A stretch of DNA of 64,000 nucleotides from the human T2T-CHM13v2.0 reference genome, Homo sapiens: assembly GCF_009914755.1 (NCBI RefSeq), contig NC_060930.1, one strand, 5' to 3'. The translations under genes were made by a program, and so were the position numbers. Under the pieces are notes generated by a model. The model was not told where the DNA came from and made no database searches. It saw nothing but the letters and a program-made list of their open reading frames with translations. Each line of letters opens with the position of its first letter. The stretch's first letter is position 1. This document shows, one piece after another, positions 1 through 15,540 of this stretch.

Positions 1-17
1 AATCCTTTCTCTGACAT

Positions 18-635
<618 letters not shown>

Positions 636-761
636 GACATTGAAGCCCATTCCCTATATAGGATGTGTGGTGGTGACACGGGAATGTCACAGAAGCAATT
701 GATTCTGGCCCAGCACAATAAACAAAAACACAAATGACAACAAGCTTTGAATTAAAAATAT

Positions 762-1037
762 AGTCCTTTCTGGGAGATTGATTCCAGGACTCCCTTGGAT
801 ACCAAAATCCAAGGAAGCTCAAGTCCCTTGTATAAAATGGCGTAGTATTTGCAAAAAACTATGTGTATCCTCCCATATCCTTTAAATCATCTCTAAATTA
901 CTTATATCTAATACAAGATAAATGCTATATCAATAATTTTAGACTATTGTTTTTTGTTTGTTTTTTTTTTTAATATTTTCCGTCAGCAGTTGGTAGAACC
1001 GAAGAATGTGGAACTCATGGACACAGAGGACCAACTG
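762..1037 (+). mobile_element. MER2-like DNA transposon (TcMar-Tigger)
   Basis: GATTCCAGGACTCCCTTGGATACCAAAATCCAAGGAAGCTCAAGTCCCTTGTATAAAATGGCGTAGTATTTGCA...GAGGACCAACTG(TA). Confidence 0.75.
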
Positions 1038-1859
1038 TAGTTAGGTTTGGAGACTTCATTGACTTGATATTTTCACTCTAGGATCTCTCTTTAGATTTCA
1101 AGATGTGAACATCTTGCCGACTATAGACACCAGTTTCTAATACCCAAGGAGGGACTGCAACTTCCTCAACTAGGAGAGCATCATTTCTACCCCTTAGATC
1201 CCAATAGAGGAGTCTGAGAAGCCTAAAATTTCTTCTACAATGATTCAGTTTCTCACACACCTCATCCCAATGGGTGAAGTGGAATGCCGGATAATTGCAG
1301 GTTGTTAAATAATTACCAAAAGCTTCAAAGGTACAGATGTCTCTGTTCCTGCTCAGGCTCCTGAGTCCGTGTCAGTCATTCCTGGGACCTAATGCAGGCA
1401 TTCTCCCCTCAGATGCCATGCCCGTTCCCTGGCTACTTCTGTCACTACGTGCCATCCACTGCCTGTCCCGCCTCCACCCATTGCGTCATTGCAGGCTCAT
1501 GCCCTGGCTATGATGTTTCATGTACGGTGGCTAAATTTCACGCCTGGCCACAGAAGTATCATTTCTGTGCCTTTGCCACTCATGTCTTCTAAGCCTCCGA
1601 AATAAGAGGAGCAGGACCAGAAGAAGAGCAGCCATTGTTCTCTGCAGACAGACACATTCTCTCACATGTCCCCGGGGCCACAGACCTCTTTATGTTCTAA
1701 CTGGGTCTGCACAGAAGAGGCAGGAGACAGGCTTTAGCCTCAAGGGAGGGAGAGAGAGGCAAGAGGCCACAGTCCCCAAGTTAGGAGGCCACAAGGAAAG
1801 AAAAGGACTTCTGTGAAGAAAAGAGTCCCGTCTGAGTTGCAGTCCACTTGCCTGGGGCC

Positions 1860-2038
1860 ACTGGAGGAGATGGGGCTGGGGAGGGGCCGCTGCAGGGAGG
1901 AGGGCGGGGGTCAGCGGCTGTGACATGACGCACGTGCCTCTCCTGGGCTTGAAATTGAGGAACTGAGGAGGCGGTGGTGGCGAGAGTCAGTCTTTCAGAG
2001 CACAGGATGGAACAAGAACTCCAGCCACTGACTGTCTC
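1860..2038 (+). promoter_or_regulatory. PHACTR1: Candidate intronic promoter/5' UTR of a short PHACTR1 isoform
   Basis: GC box GGGCGG 1902-1907, ATGACGCA 1925-1932, E-box CACGTG 1931-1936, PU.1/ETS-like GAGGAACTG 1957-1965 and several G-tracts, immediately upstream of an in-frame ATG at 2039. Confidence 0.55.
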
Positions 2039-2177
2039 ATGTATCTGCAAGGGCCGAGGAAATTAATGACCCAAGGAGGCTATGATATGGTCCAAAAACT
2101 TTTCCTGGATTTTTTCCGTAGGCGGCTGAGCCAGAGGCCAACTGCAGAGGAACTGGAACAGAGGAACATTTTGAAAC
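2039..2177 (+). CDS. PHACTR1: Alternative first coding exon of short PHACTR1 isoform (5'-extended exon; predicted 144 aa in total)
   Basis: ATG 2039 reads MYLQGPRKLMTQGGYDMVQKLFLDFFRR with no stop, in frame into RLSQRPTAEELEQRNILK. 139+62+141+77+16 = 435 nt = 144 aa plus stop. Confidence 0.65.
2122..2177 (+). CDS. PHACTR1: PHACTR1 internal coding exon (RPEL3: RLSQRPTAEELEQRNILK)
   Basis: Acceptor ttccgtAG|G, donor AAAC|gtaagt; 56 nt; translation matches the PHACTR1 RPEL repeat. Confidence 0.97.
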
Positions 2178-3149
2178 GTAAGTGACTAAGCCCATGGCAA
2201 TCCCTGATGTTTTGTGGCGGCTTTTGTTATTATTTAATGGTAGGCCACAAGGTTTCTACCTTGCGCCTCTGCGGAAAGCATTGAAAACCTTTCTAACGGT
2301 TGAAGCTTCATGTGTGCATGTTAGAACACCAAAGACGACCTCCCCAAGGAGAAGGCAAATTTTATTCCACTTTATTCTTTAGAAGCTCACGGGCGGCAGG
2401 CAGAACCTTCCTTTTAGTGAGTTGTAAAGTCAGAGAGAAGCTGAAAAATTAGAGTGAGACCACTTATTATTTAATGATTTTTAAGAGCAGGGTCACCTTT
2501 AAACCAGAATTGGCTTGAAAATGGAGACTGTGATATGCACGGCTAAAATAAGGGAAATGTCCATTTGAACTGAGACTAGAAAGCATGACTTTGCATTGCA
2601 GCTGGCTGCTGTTGATAAAAATCCCTCATCCCTTTGAATGTTAAATTGAAAGACTAAGAAAGCATTTCCAAGCGAAGTGCTTCATGTCTGTCTCTCAGGA
2701 TTCCCACAGCTGGTCCCGGGCATGCCTGTCTGATGCTCTCATTCGAGGAAAACTGCCTTTCACCATTGCTGCAGACAGAAAAAAATAAATGAGCCCCTTG
2801 TTTGGTTTAGGACACAGAGACATTTGAATATGTACAGAGGATCCACTTGGTGCTTTAAAAAAAAAAAGAGAAAACAGGATACAAAATACTAAAAGAGATC
2901 AAGCATTTGATGGACAGCAGTATGCGTCAGTTTAGTGGTAGATATTAAATAACTTAAATATCAAACCATTCTATTCATTCATTGCTACCATTCTCGCCAA
3001 CACTGGCCTCAAGATAGTGAACAAATATTTCTGGCTTAATTCATGACCCTGTTCCCCCTACCCCACAACACACTTCTAATTTCTCTCCAGAAGAGAAAGA
3101 TATATACTATGCAGAGTTTTCTAGAAATGCTATGTTGTACAGACTGACT

Positions 3150-3480
3150 CCTCGCCTCCCCCGGCCACCCCGCCCCGCCCCGCCCCGTGCCCAGTAAATC
3201 ACATGCAACCGCAGTGTGAGTTTGCCGGGAATTTCCACTGAAACCACACTAAGATATTCTTGACTTTACCTTTCTACCGTGCTCACTGTGGCCTTGTGAC
3301 TTGGTCGGCATTTCGTAGTCTGCTGAAGGTGGGTGCTGGGTTCCGCTTTGGTGGGGAGACCTGTTGCCTACAGCACCCACCCCCGCCCGACGCCCCCGCA
3401 TGTCCGTTTATGTCAACTCTGCCTTTATCAATGTCTTGCCTCCCGTCCCCACGCCAGCCGCCACTTCCTCAACTCTCAGT
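3150..3480. promoter_or_regulatory. CpG-enriched intronic regulatory element with tandem GC boxes and an NF-kB site
   Basis: (CCCCG)4 at 3168-3187, GGGAATTTCC at 3227-3236, further CCCGCCC at ~3382; locally elevated CpG. Confidence 0.5.
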
Positions 3481-5122
3481 AGAAGTTATTTTCAGGATTA
3501 GCCTTCCTCAGTCGTGGGGGAACCCTACGCATTGCCTAGGTCTCTAGGAATGTGTGTTTACTTTTTTCTGCCCAAGGGGTACCCTTTAAAGTTTCCAAGC
3601 TTAATATTCTATATAATGAATTCAGAGCTTTTTCAAAGCATTTCCAAGGTCAGGGAAGCATTTGGCTTGTAGGATGTCTTCCTTTCGGCCCCAATCTGGT
3701 ACCTGAGCCATTATAAACTTCCCATTGTTGGAGAGAAAGATAAACAGCCAGGTGAACCTGTACAACTTACTCACAGCCCGCTGCTGTACTTGTGGCCTCT
3801 GACCTGAGACCTAAACTCAAAGAAGCTAAAAGCCTCCGGGGGATTATTTAGGTTTCAGAAAATAGTGCTTATCACACCAGGAGTACGGTTTCTGGAGAGA
3901 TCTAAAATCCCCTAGCTCAGCTCTGGGCTCTCTCAAAGATATCAGATCCCCGCTGTGGCTTGTCCAGATCCCTGGGAGACTACAGGTCCTTTGAGCTTGG
4001 GTTTTTACCGCCATCAACCAGGGAACTTAGATTCAGGGGACCAAAAAGGAGTTGTGAAAGATTGTTCCCATGGTTCTCTTTTATTCTCTTCCCTAATCCC
4101 TCTTGTCCTGGCCACATAGTTGCAAATTAAAGAACTACTTGACCAATTCTAACAGGTTGGTCATTTCATAGTTTTGAAACTTTTCAGAAATCAACTTGTT
4201 TTCCCATAGGTTCTTATTTTTCCCTGTATTCTGGAACTATGTTCTCCTAAATATTTTTTTAAATTTAATCTATTGCGATTGTTAAACAAAAAAAATGTCT
4301 AGTGGTATAAGAAAACATCCTCCAATAGTTTGTTTTAAAACTGATTTTCTGAGCTTTCAGCCATTTGAGGAACTGCTCGGTGTTGGGTGGTGGGGAACAG
4401 GGCACAGAGATGCCATGGCTCAGCCCTGGAGCTTTGAGAGCCTTGGGTTGGTTTCCAGCCCCACCCTGCCTGGTCCTGGGAGCAGCCCCTGTTCTGTCCA
4501 GCAGCCAGTGAGGCCCTGTGCACCTCTGAGCACATAATGAACCCTCTGATGGTGGCAGCTGTAATGACGACATCGTAGGCCTTTCCTGGCCTGTCTTCCC
4601 AGTTGCCTAATGGGGTTGTCTTGGTACCTTCTGCCTGAAAATTCATGAACCTGGGTTGGTCAATGGCTTTGAACTAAAGGTATCAATTCTGTAGGTGGTA
4701 GCTTGTGGCCCCACCCCTCAGAGTGACCTAAGAAACGCACATAGGAGATGAAGGCTCCATGCTGTGTCAGCTGTGTCACAGGATGCCCGCCTTCACGGCT
4801 CTGAAGGGACCTGTAGGATCAGAAGTCTGAGGCTAGTAATGAGGAGGAGAGCCGGCCCCACACAAAACATGACCACAGGAAAAAACCTATCTGTGTAACC
4901 ACTGAGCCAGGTAGGGTGTGACTGGCCACTTAACACCCCTGAGCCTTCAGATCCTCAGTTATAAACCAGGAGTGGTAGATGAGGTGGTCACTAGGTCCCC
5001 TCATGGCCCTAGTATTCTGTGCTTCTGTAAATTTTCACCGTGTGCCCTCTAGCTGTCCCTGGTGACCCAACATCCAGACCACCTTTTCTTCCATCCGTTT
5101 TCCCACCTGAGACATCGCAAAA

Positions 5123-5385
5123 TGGGAGTTCCCTCCTTCTGGTTCTTGCTGTCTGCCTCCCCATTTAACTCTGCTAGATTAATTCATACTAAGATATTAA
5201 TGGCTGACTAGTTTAATAGGTTTTATCCCACTGAAATTTGCATTTGTACAAATGTCACTGTCTGGGGGCTCCCTACTTCCGGGTGTTGCTGTCTGCCCCC
5301 CAGTTTATCTCTACTAGATTAATTCATACTGAGCTATTAATGGCTGACTAGTTTAATGGGCTTTTATTCAAGAGAAATTTGCATT
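5123..5385. repeat. Local direct duplication (~122-nt units, period ~140)
   Basis: 5123-5244 vs 5263-5385 share TTGCTGTCTGCC...CTAGATTAATTCATACT...TATTAATGGCTGACTAGTTTAAT...GAAATTTGCATT. Confidence 0.9.
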
Positions 5386-5665
5386 AAAAAAAAAAAAAAA
5401 ACCTCTCCGGGAGGGAGATAGGATCTCTAAATCCAAAGGAAAGCACGCTCATGGTGACGGTTTCAGGCACTGTAGGGTAGGCTGGAGCAGGGACCTCTGG
5501 TGACCTCAGCCCACAGCAAGATGTGGCTGTTTCTTGTGCTGCCTTTCTACAAAGCCTTATGCCCACAGGCGGTTGGCGGGCCAAATCAGGCCCGTGGGGG
5601 TGGCCCTCAAGGGCCTGATTTCTGCTCTGACCTTACACCACTTGTGCTAGTGGGAGGTATAGTCA

Positions 5666-6098
<433 letters not shown>

Positions 6099-6931
6099 TC
6101 AGCAACCATACCTGAATTGCATGTGTGCACCAATACAACAAACTAATGAAGTTACCAAAATATAATTCAACAACTGTGATTTTCAAAATGAGCCAACTAG
6201 TGTCCCAGGCAGTCGTGATGCACCCTATGCCAAAATCAACGTGTTTCCTTTTACTAACGCCATTTGAAATTTAACGGCTGAGAATCACAGGCCTTCTTTG
6301 ATACAAGCTGACTTCCATAGTTTTTCCAAGTCCAACAATGCTACGCTGATATCTGTGCTTCCACAGATATCAAGGAATTCTTCCAAGGTTCAGAAGGGAA
6401 ATGGTCTACCCCAGGTCATCCAGTTAGCTTAAAAGGAGAAATAAGCCCAGATTCTCTGCCCTTCAAGTATCTGCCCCCTACCCCAGACTCTCCCATGTAC
6501 AGCTATTTAAAAATCTGATGAGTAAATCACCCATATATTAAGGCAAGAGCTTTCAGGCTCTGCAGTCTACTCTTCTGAGCCACTCCTAAAGAGTCTACAT
6601 GCAGGCAATTGTATCCCACACTCTGGCCTCACCCATGCTCTGTGGACTTCATGGAAGATTCAAACAATCGATGGAATCAGGGCTTGTGAAAGGTGAGCGT
6701 TTTGAAATTCCTCCTGCCTTGTCTTGTTCCTGCAGCAGGTTGAGGCCAGTCTTCTGCTCTCTCTACACCCACAGGGCACCAGACACAAGGACTATACCAC
6801 AATGAGCCTCCTTCAGTGTCTGGGAGGCTCAACAAAGAATGAGTGAGCCCCAGTCTTATCCAAAGAAAGGAGCCTCACATCTCCCCAAATGCCTGTGTCC
6901 CCCCGTGTCAACATTCCCACCCACCTCCTTG

Positions 6932-7227
<296 letters not shown>

Positions 7228-7531
7228 CCTACCTTCCTGCCTTGTAGCCACATTTCTCAACCCAGCATCTCTGCCTGGAGACCTGAAACCCCACGTGATG
7301 TAAAGAAGGCAAAATGACAAGGTCAGCCTGCTCAGTAGCAATTTGAAACAACGCAGGTAGTTTGGAAAGCAATCCCCATAAGGAGAAGGGCAGCTGGGGG
7401 AGGGGACAGGAGTACTCTCTTCCCTTTATTAAAATGAGATGCTTGGCCTAGAGCCTGCCAAGGTCCAAAGGATGCACCTGTACACAACACTGTTTACTGA
7501 AATAAAAAAACATCTTAAATATTTTTTTTAG

Positions 7532-7593
7532 CTCGGAATGAACAAGAGGAACAGGAGGAGAAGAGAGAGATCAAGAGGAGGCTAACCCGAAAG
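7532..7593 (+). CDS. PHACTR1: PHACTR1 coding exon (PRNEQEEQEEKREIKRRLTRK)
   Basis: Acceptor tttttttAG|CT, donor AAG|gtaggt; 62 nt; phase continues the previous exon. Confidence 0.97.
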
Positions 7594-7939
7594 GTAGGTG
7601 GTTCTCCATGCCAAGAGCTGGGACAGGAGAGGGTGGGCTGCCTGCCACACCTCTGCCCTCTGCTGGCCTCAGTGGCCTCGCCGCTGCCTGGTTCCTCTCC
7701 TCCTGTGTCAGAGAGTGCCACTCTCTTACTCTATAAGACCTCTCCACTCAGCTTCATGACCCTCAGTCCTTTCAGCTGGTGACACTCAATGTTGTTTGAT
7801 TTTGTGACACCCACCTACTTCCTAACAACTCGATGGCTATTGCGTTGTATTTTTGATTATACTAAATGTTTTGTTTTACAAAATTCACTATAATCCCATT
7901 AAGCAATGGGAAATTCATAATCAAAATCAGTAGTTCAAA

Positions 7940-8336
<397 letters not shown>

Positions 8337-10001
8337 CTAGGAATTAAGAACTATGCAACTTTATTAGGCTAAATTACGAAAGTACTGACAAATTTAAAGC
8401 AGATGTTTGAGAAGCACATAGCTTAAAGTCATAAAACTGGAATTTTAATATAGTCTTAACCCCAGAAATAGATGGTTTGGCAATGCACTGTAGCCTCACA
8501 TGCATCTCATTCCACATGAGTGTCCTCTTTAATAATAAACGCATTGTTAAGGCTATTCTTGGATGATGCTGAAAAGTTTAATTAATTGATGACATGCAAG
8601 ATACAATACTCCCTTCTGTCTGACGAAGTCAAAGTGTTTTTAATCAGCCTCCTACAGTGACCATCTTGAGAGAAAGATACTCTCATATCTTAGCTACAGT
8701 TAAGAGGCCCATTAATATTAATTTTAAAAAGGTTTATTAGTGGATTTTTCTCTCCAGAAATATCACACAAAGGAAGAAATTCAGAGATCCTGAAATATCA
8801 TACCAATTATTAAGGTGATGGTTTGTATTTCTCCACACTTTCCCTGCGAGCATCCCAAATACCTGGTGACAAGCCAAATGCCAACCCAATTAGCAAGAGC
8901 AGGACAAACAAGTGCCTGAATGGCCAGACGACTGGCTGGTGTCACCCTGGTGGAGACTAGAGCAAGAGCTAAGTGACTTCACCAGCCAGTCGCTGTCCCA
9001 CCCGTCAAGGTTGGACCCTTTACATCCTTAAGCCCACCCACTCTTTGGATGCCGGGTGCAGTTTTTCCTGAGCTTGAGTAGTGAGAAGAGCAGGAGAGAT
9101 GCATTAGCTTTTTCTCATCGTGTCCTTGAAATGACTGGGGCTCGAAAAAGACACTGTGATAAACTTTCATTTCTGATACAGAAAGGTCTAGACACTTAGA
9201 AAAAAAAAAGTTGTTTAAATCAGATTTTCATCAAATTTTTCAGAATTGGTTGCTGGATCCCCAAAATTCACCCAGTTTTAAGGTTGCTTGCTAAAAGACG
9301 GTCACAGAGAAATACTTAGACATTTATTTAATTCCTATCTCTTAACAAAGTTGATATGATTTTGCGGAGAACTTGACTAACTGCATGATTTGGTAATGAG
9401 CGAGTAAAGAGTCTTCCTTTCCACACCCATCTCCCTAGGGTAGGTGACACTAGGGATGGGGACCCCAAAAAGTTCATAGGTTTTGCAGGTCTCCACAATC
9501 AAATAATTGCCTCTCTGTTCCCGCTCACCTCTCCTTTCTTCTCCCAGGGAAATGGCCTTGGAATTTTAGCATTTGCCCTCCCCTGGGACTGGCTGGGGGG
9601 GTTAGAAATAAGGAGCTTGAGAGGGGATAACTGCTTCTAAGAGAGAGACTGGAGAACAGAGGGGCAACTTCCACATCTGCTTTTGCGGGCAGAGATGTGG
9701 CGCCTTCCGGCAGGTAGGGAACCTACATCATCACTTCCTGGCCCTGTGAAGGTTCTTCTCCTCTTGAGCATTTATCACACTGAGACCAGATGCCAGTGAT
9801 GGGGGCTGCTTTACAGTGATCTGCCTTCAGCCCAATAACTTCTTCAATAAAATTCTATTTAACTGTAATGCACTAGTAAGAAAAATAAAAAATAAAACAT
9901 AGTAACTGAGGCTGATAGCAACAGACCAGTCATTTTCTCTGACCAAACTGAGACTAATATAAAAATTACATGCTTTGTCTTTTTAAAAAAAACATGCCTG
10001 C

Positions 10002-10058
10002 GGCCAGGCGCAGTGGCTCACGCCTGTAATCCCAGCACTTTGGGAGGCCGAGGCGGGC
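10002..10058 (+). mobile_element. Alu 5' head only (3'-truncated fragment)
   Basis: GGCCAGGCGCAGTGGCTCACGCCTGTAATCCCAGCACTTTGGGAGGCCGAGGCGGGC, then non-Alu sequence. Confidence 0.88.
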
Positions 10059-10484
10059 CTGACTTTGGCTGCAAAGATTATTTTTGCAGCATTCAAGGAA
10101 GGACTTCAGGTTCCAGATGCCCCGAAGGCTACAGCCAGCACCAGGCCAAAGGTGCGTCTTCTGAGCCTTTCGTGGTCAGGGACATGAGCCCATGCACACA
10201 GAGGAGCGTCCTGGTGGCCGTTTGTTAGTGCTGGGGTCCGTGCACCAACTGTGACTCTGAGAGGCAGCAGCCAGCTGCATCCTCGCTCATTCCCTCTGAG
10301 CACTTGTGCTCTATGCTGTCTTGATTTGGAAAGACGGTGTCCAAGGCCCCGCGATGTTCAGGCATAAGAAACAGCCCCTGACCTGCAGCATTTATGCTTA
10401 GTCTTCGGTTCACTCCAGACTCTGCCATAGATAGGACATTAGTAGAATCCAGGTCAGTTTCCAGGAAGAGAAATTTGAAAGTCA

Positions 10485-11045
<561 letters not shown>

Positions 11046-12488
11046 TTACGGTGACCACAGCCATAACAGCCTGGGAAGCCTGTGGGTTCCCGCGACAGGC
11101 CCACACTGGTGCCAGAATGTTGTCGTGCCTAAGAAAGCCAAGGGAGGCCTACATGCAGTCTAGGCAGGGGGGCCGGCACCAGAGGCGGCTGAGCCCCTGA
11201 TCCCCAGAGCTTCCTGCCTTTGGCTGAGAGGGAGCTGTAGGCCTGCCTTGGCCCTGTCCGGGGTGTGCCACCACTCTATTTGATACCTGCCAGCCATCCT
11301 CTAATTGTGCTCTGCCAGCGTGGGAGCAAGTTGGAACATTCTCGCACTAGCCACGGGTGTCTGGAAGCTGCCTGTTGCAGAGTCGAAACTGCCAGGGTGG
11401 TTTGGACTCCATTGTGTTTGTTTTACGGGCCTGAGTTGCAAGATTCTATGAGATAGTGTCTTCTAGTAATAGAATTACACAGAGTCTAGGGCTCAAAGGG
11501 AAAACTGCTTTTAAATAGCATTGATTGAACATCATTTGACAGCATCTTAAAGAGAGCAACTGTGTTGCTCCAGGAGAAATAAACCTGGTGACAGGAAGAG
11601 ATAATAGAAATGTCAGCCTTATGTTGCTAAAGTAGAGGAAGGGTCTTCATGGCTAATATCGGGAGATGGCAAAATACATACGAATCTTCCTTTTACTTGC
11701 TTCATCCCTCATTCCTGCAGTCCTTCATCATGCACCATCCAAAGGGCTGGTCCTGAGTCTCCCTTGGCATAAATGTGGCCTTTTTCTGTACTTACTCAAC
11801 TCCGCATTTGTTGACTGACCTTCCCCTTGAACTTCTTGCAGAGGGCCGTCAGCAATGTTTGGGCTGACCTCTTCAGCCAGCAGATTCCCATCCCTGCATA
11901 CCCCAGAGTTTGCATACCATTTGCACATACGCTTTTTTGCATCTAAAACCCACACAAAATGCACTGCAAAACCCCCTTGCAGAAAGCACTCGATGTGACA
12001 CAGATGTGGATTCACAAATCCAAAATAAGACAGAATCATTGTAGAATGTCCCTGTCACCTGGTGGGAGTAGGACAGATAAGAAGAAATCCACAACAGGCG
12101 CCCACAGCCAAACAGAAAGACAAGCTTCTAGTAATGACTGGGACTCAGCAATGTTATGAAGATAGAGACTGTTTACTATCGATTTGTATAGGTGTAAAAA
12201 CAGTACTGTGAATATGCTTTGAAGTCCTAATCTTTATATATTCTATACTGAAATATACACAGATAAAATGATATGATGCCTGTGATTTGTTTCAAAGCAA
12301 TCTACATGTGGATGTAGTCAAGAGTTGATTATTGTTGAAGCTGGTGATAATACACCAAATTCATTACATTAGTCTCCTTCCTTGTTTTGAAAATTTACAT
12401 AATAAAAGATTTTTTTTAAGTTTAAAAAAAAAAAGAGCTTGGCCTAGAGGGTATGTAAGGGATAACAAAGCTCTCTCTTAGGACCTAG

Positions 12489-12905
<417 letters not shown>

Positions 12906-13379
12906 TAGGGAGACCTGCAGCCAGGCCTCAGCCGCAGTCCCCATAATGGAGTGTTGAGACCCCAACACCTTTCCCCAGGGGCCACAGATAATCTGCGGAA
13001 AGGCTGCTGAATCGGAGAAAACACAAGGCACATAATACTGTGCCCATTTTACAGGAGGAGGAGCAGCAGCCTGGGAGGCTGTGCCCAGAGAAAGAGAATA
13101 GCACTGGATAGGTGTAGACAGGTGAAGGCAAGAGGCTCCAGGCTCATCACAGCCCTTCCGTATAGGGGATGGTGCTGCCGGCATCCAACGAGGGATTCAC
13201 CAAACCAAAAGAGAAGACAAAGTAGACGCATAACCCCAGGAGGGAAATAGGGCATAAATCAAAGAGACGTCGCAAAACATATCTCACTGCACTAGCCCCT
13301 CGCCGATTTAGAAAACAAAAAGAATAATCTGAGGTTCAGTTTGTTTTTTAGGAAAAGCAGTGATGCCAATGAGAAATCA

Positions 13380-13895
<516 letters not shown>

Positions 13896-15396
13896 CTATG
13901 GAGTGTGTCAGGGGCCTTCTGCTCAACAGTCCTGCCTTCACTGTCCGTTTCAGGGACCCAGGGTTTTCTTATATGATACAGCAGGAAGTCATTTATGGCC
14001 CAGGCTGGCTACATTATCACCAACCCTGGATCCAGGAGGTGCAGGAAACATGTATGCAGGCACATTGCTGCACTTGGCTGGGACGGAAGCAGCAAGAGGC
14101 AGATAGACTTCCAGAGACGACCTCGCCTGTGGCGGGTCAACCCACAGACACCATGTGTGGAAGACTGTGCCCTCCTCTGTAAACACAGCATTCACATCTT
14201 CTCTGCAAGGGAATTTGTGGGAGCAACCCAGGAACTGGCATTGCCATGCCCCTGACAGACAAACCCAGCTCCCCAGGAGTGTGTCATCTAAATACGAAGA
14301 GGAAGGGGCTTTCACTCTTGTCCTCTCCTGTCCACACTCTCTCTGCGGTATGCTTGCAAGGATAAGGATATTAGCAAGTGTGCAAGAAAACCACAGACAT
14401 CTCTACTTGCACCCTCATAGAGTTCTGAGTAGCTCTTAGGCCGAAAACATATCCAGTTTCTCAATGGCTGTTGGGGACAGAAGACAGGAAGCATGGGGTG
14501 ACCCCTGCCCCCACCCCCAAAGCTGCTACCCAGGCACTTAAACCTAAGCCAGCCTTCTTTTCCTGGGGAGGGCCATTCTGATCCTACAGGAAGACTTTTC
14601 TCTCCTCAAACTCCTGGGGCCTTGATATTCCCATCAAAGCAAGTATCGGCCATAGACAGAGCTATGCAAGAAGGCACACGTTTGCAATTTCCACCCTTGA
14701 GGAAGGAGTGAGGTTGTCTCTGGCCCCAGCTGCCTTCATTACCAGCCCCTCCTCCTCCCCTGCTCTCTCATGGCCTCTCTTTGCTGTCTGATTCCAGGCC
14801 CTGTGTCTTCAGTGGCAGTATTATAAGGATGGGGTGATTCGGGATCATCTCAGAACATGTGAGGTTATTCAAAATGTATCTCACATGGTGAAATACATCA
14901 CTGAAGAGTCAGGGAAGTTGTAAAAGAGCAAAAACAAACTGTTGGTAGGGAGCTGGCCATCACCTGTCCCCCTAATTTGGTTGGAGAATTTGATCCACGC
15001 CTTCTGGAAGTCTCCACCTCGAGGCATCACTGTGCCTGTGCTGAGCTTTGTTTATTTATGGAAGATGAGAGGTTGACATTGAATGTGTTCTTGGGCCCCC
15101 AGGAGTGTGGGGTAGGTGTACACCACCACTGATGCCTCAATGCCACAGCTCTATGAAAAGAGGAAGAAAAACACACTTTGGGCAATAGCCTGTCATCATT
15201 TGCAACTTAGATTTAGGGAAGGAGGGGAATCTTTGTTTTAAAGGACATCTCAGGTGATTTTTCTTCCTCCCAATGAAAGAATCCATCTTAAACTTGTTTG
15301 TCTTTGTTGAAGAAGAAAAATATGTTGTTAGGAATGAACTGAAAGGGGAGTTTTTTTCTGTCTCTCTCCCATTGCACATTGATGGGCTTCTGTTGA

Positions 15397-15540
<144 letters not shown>

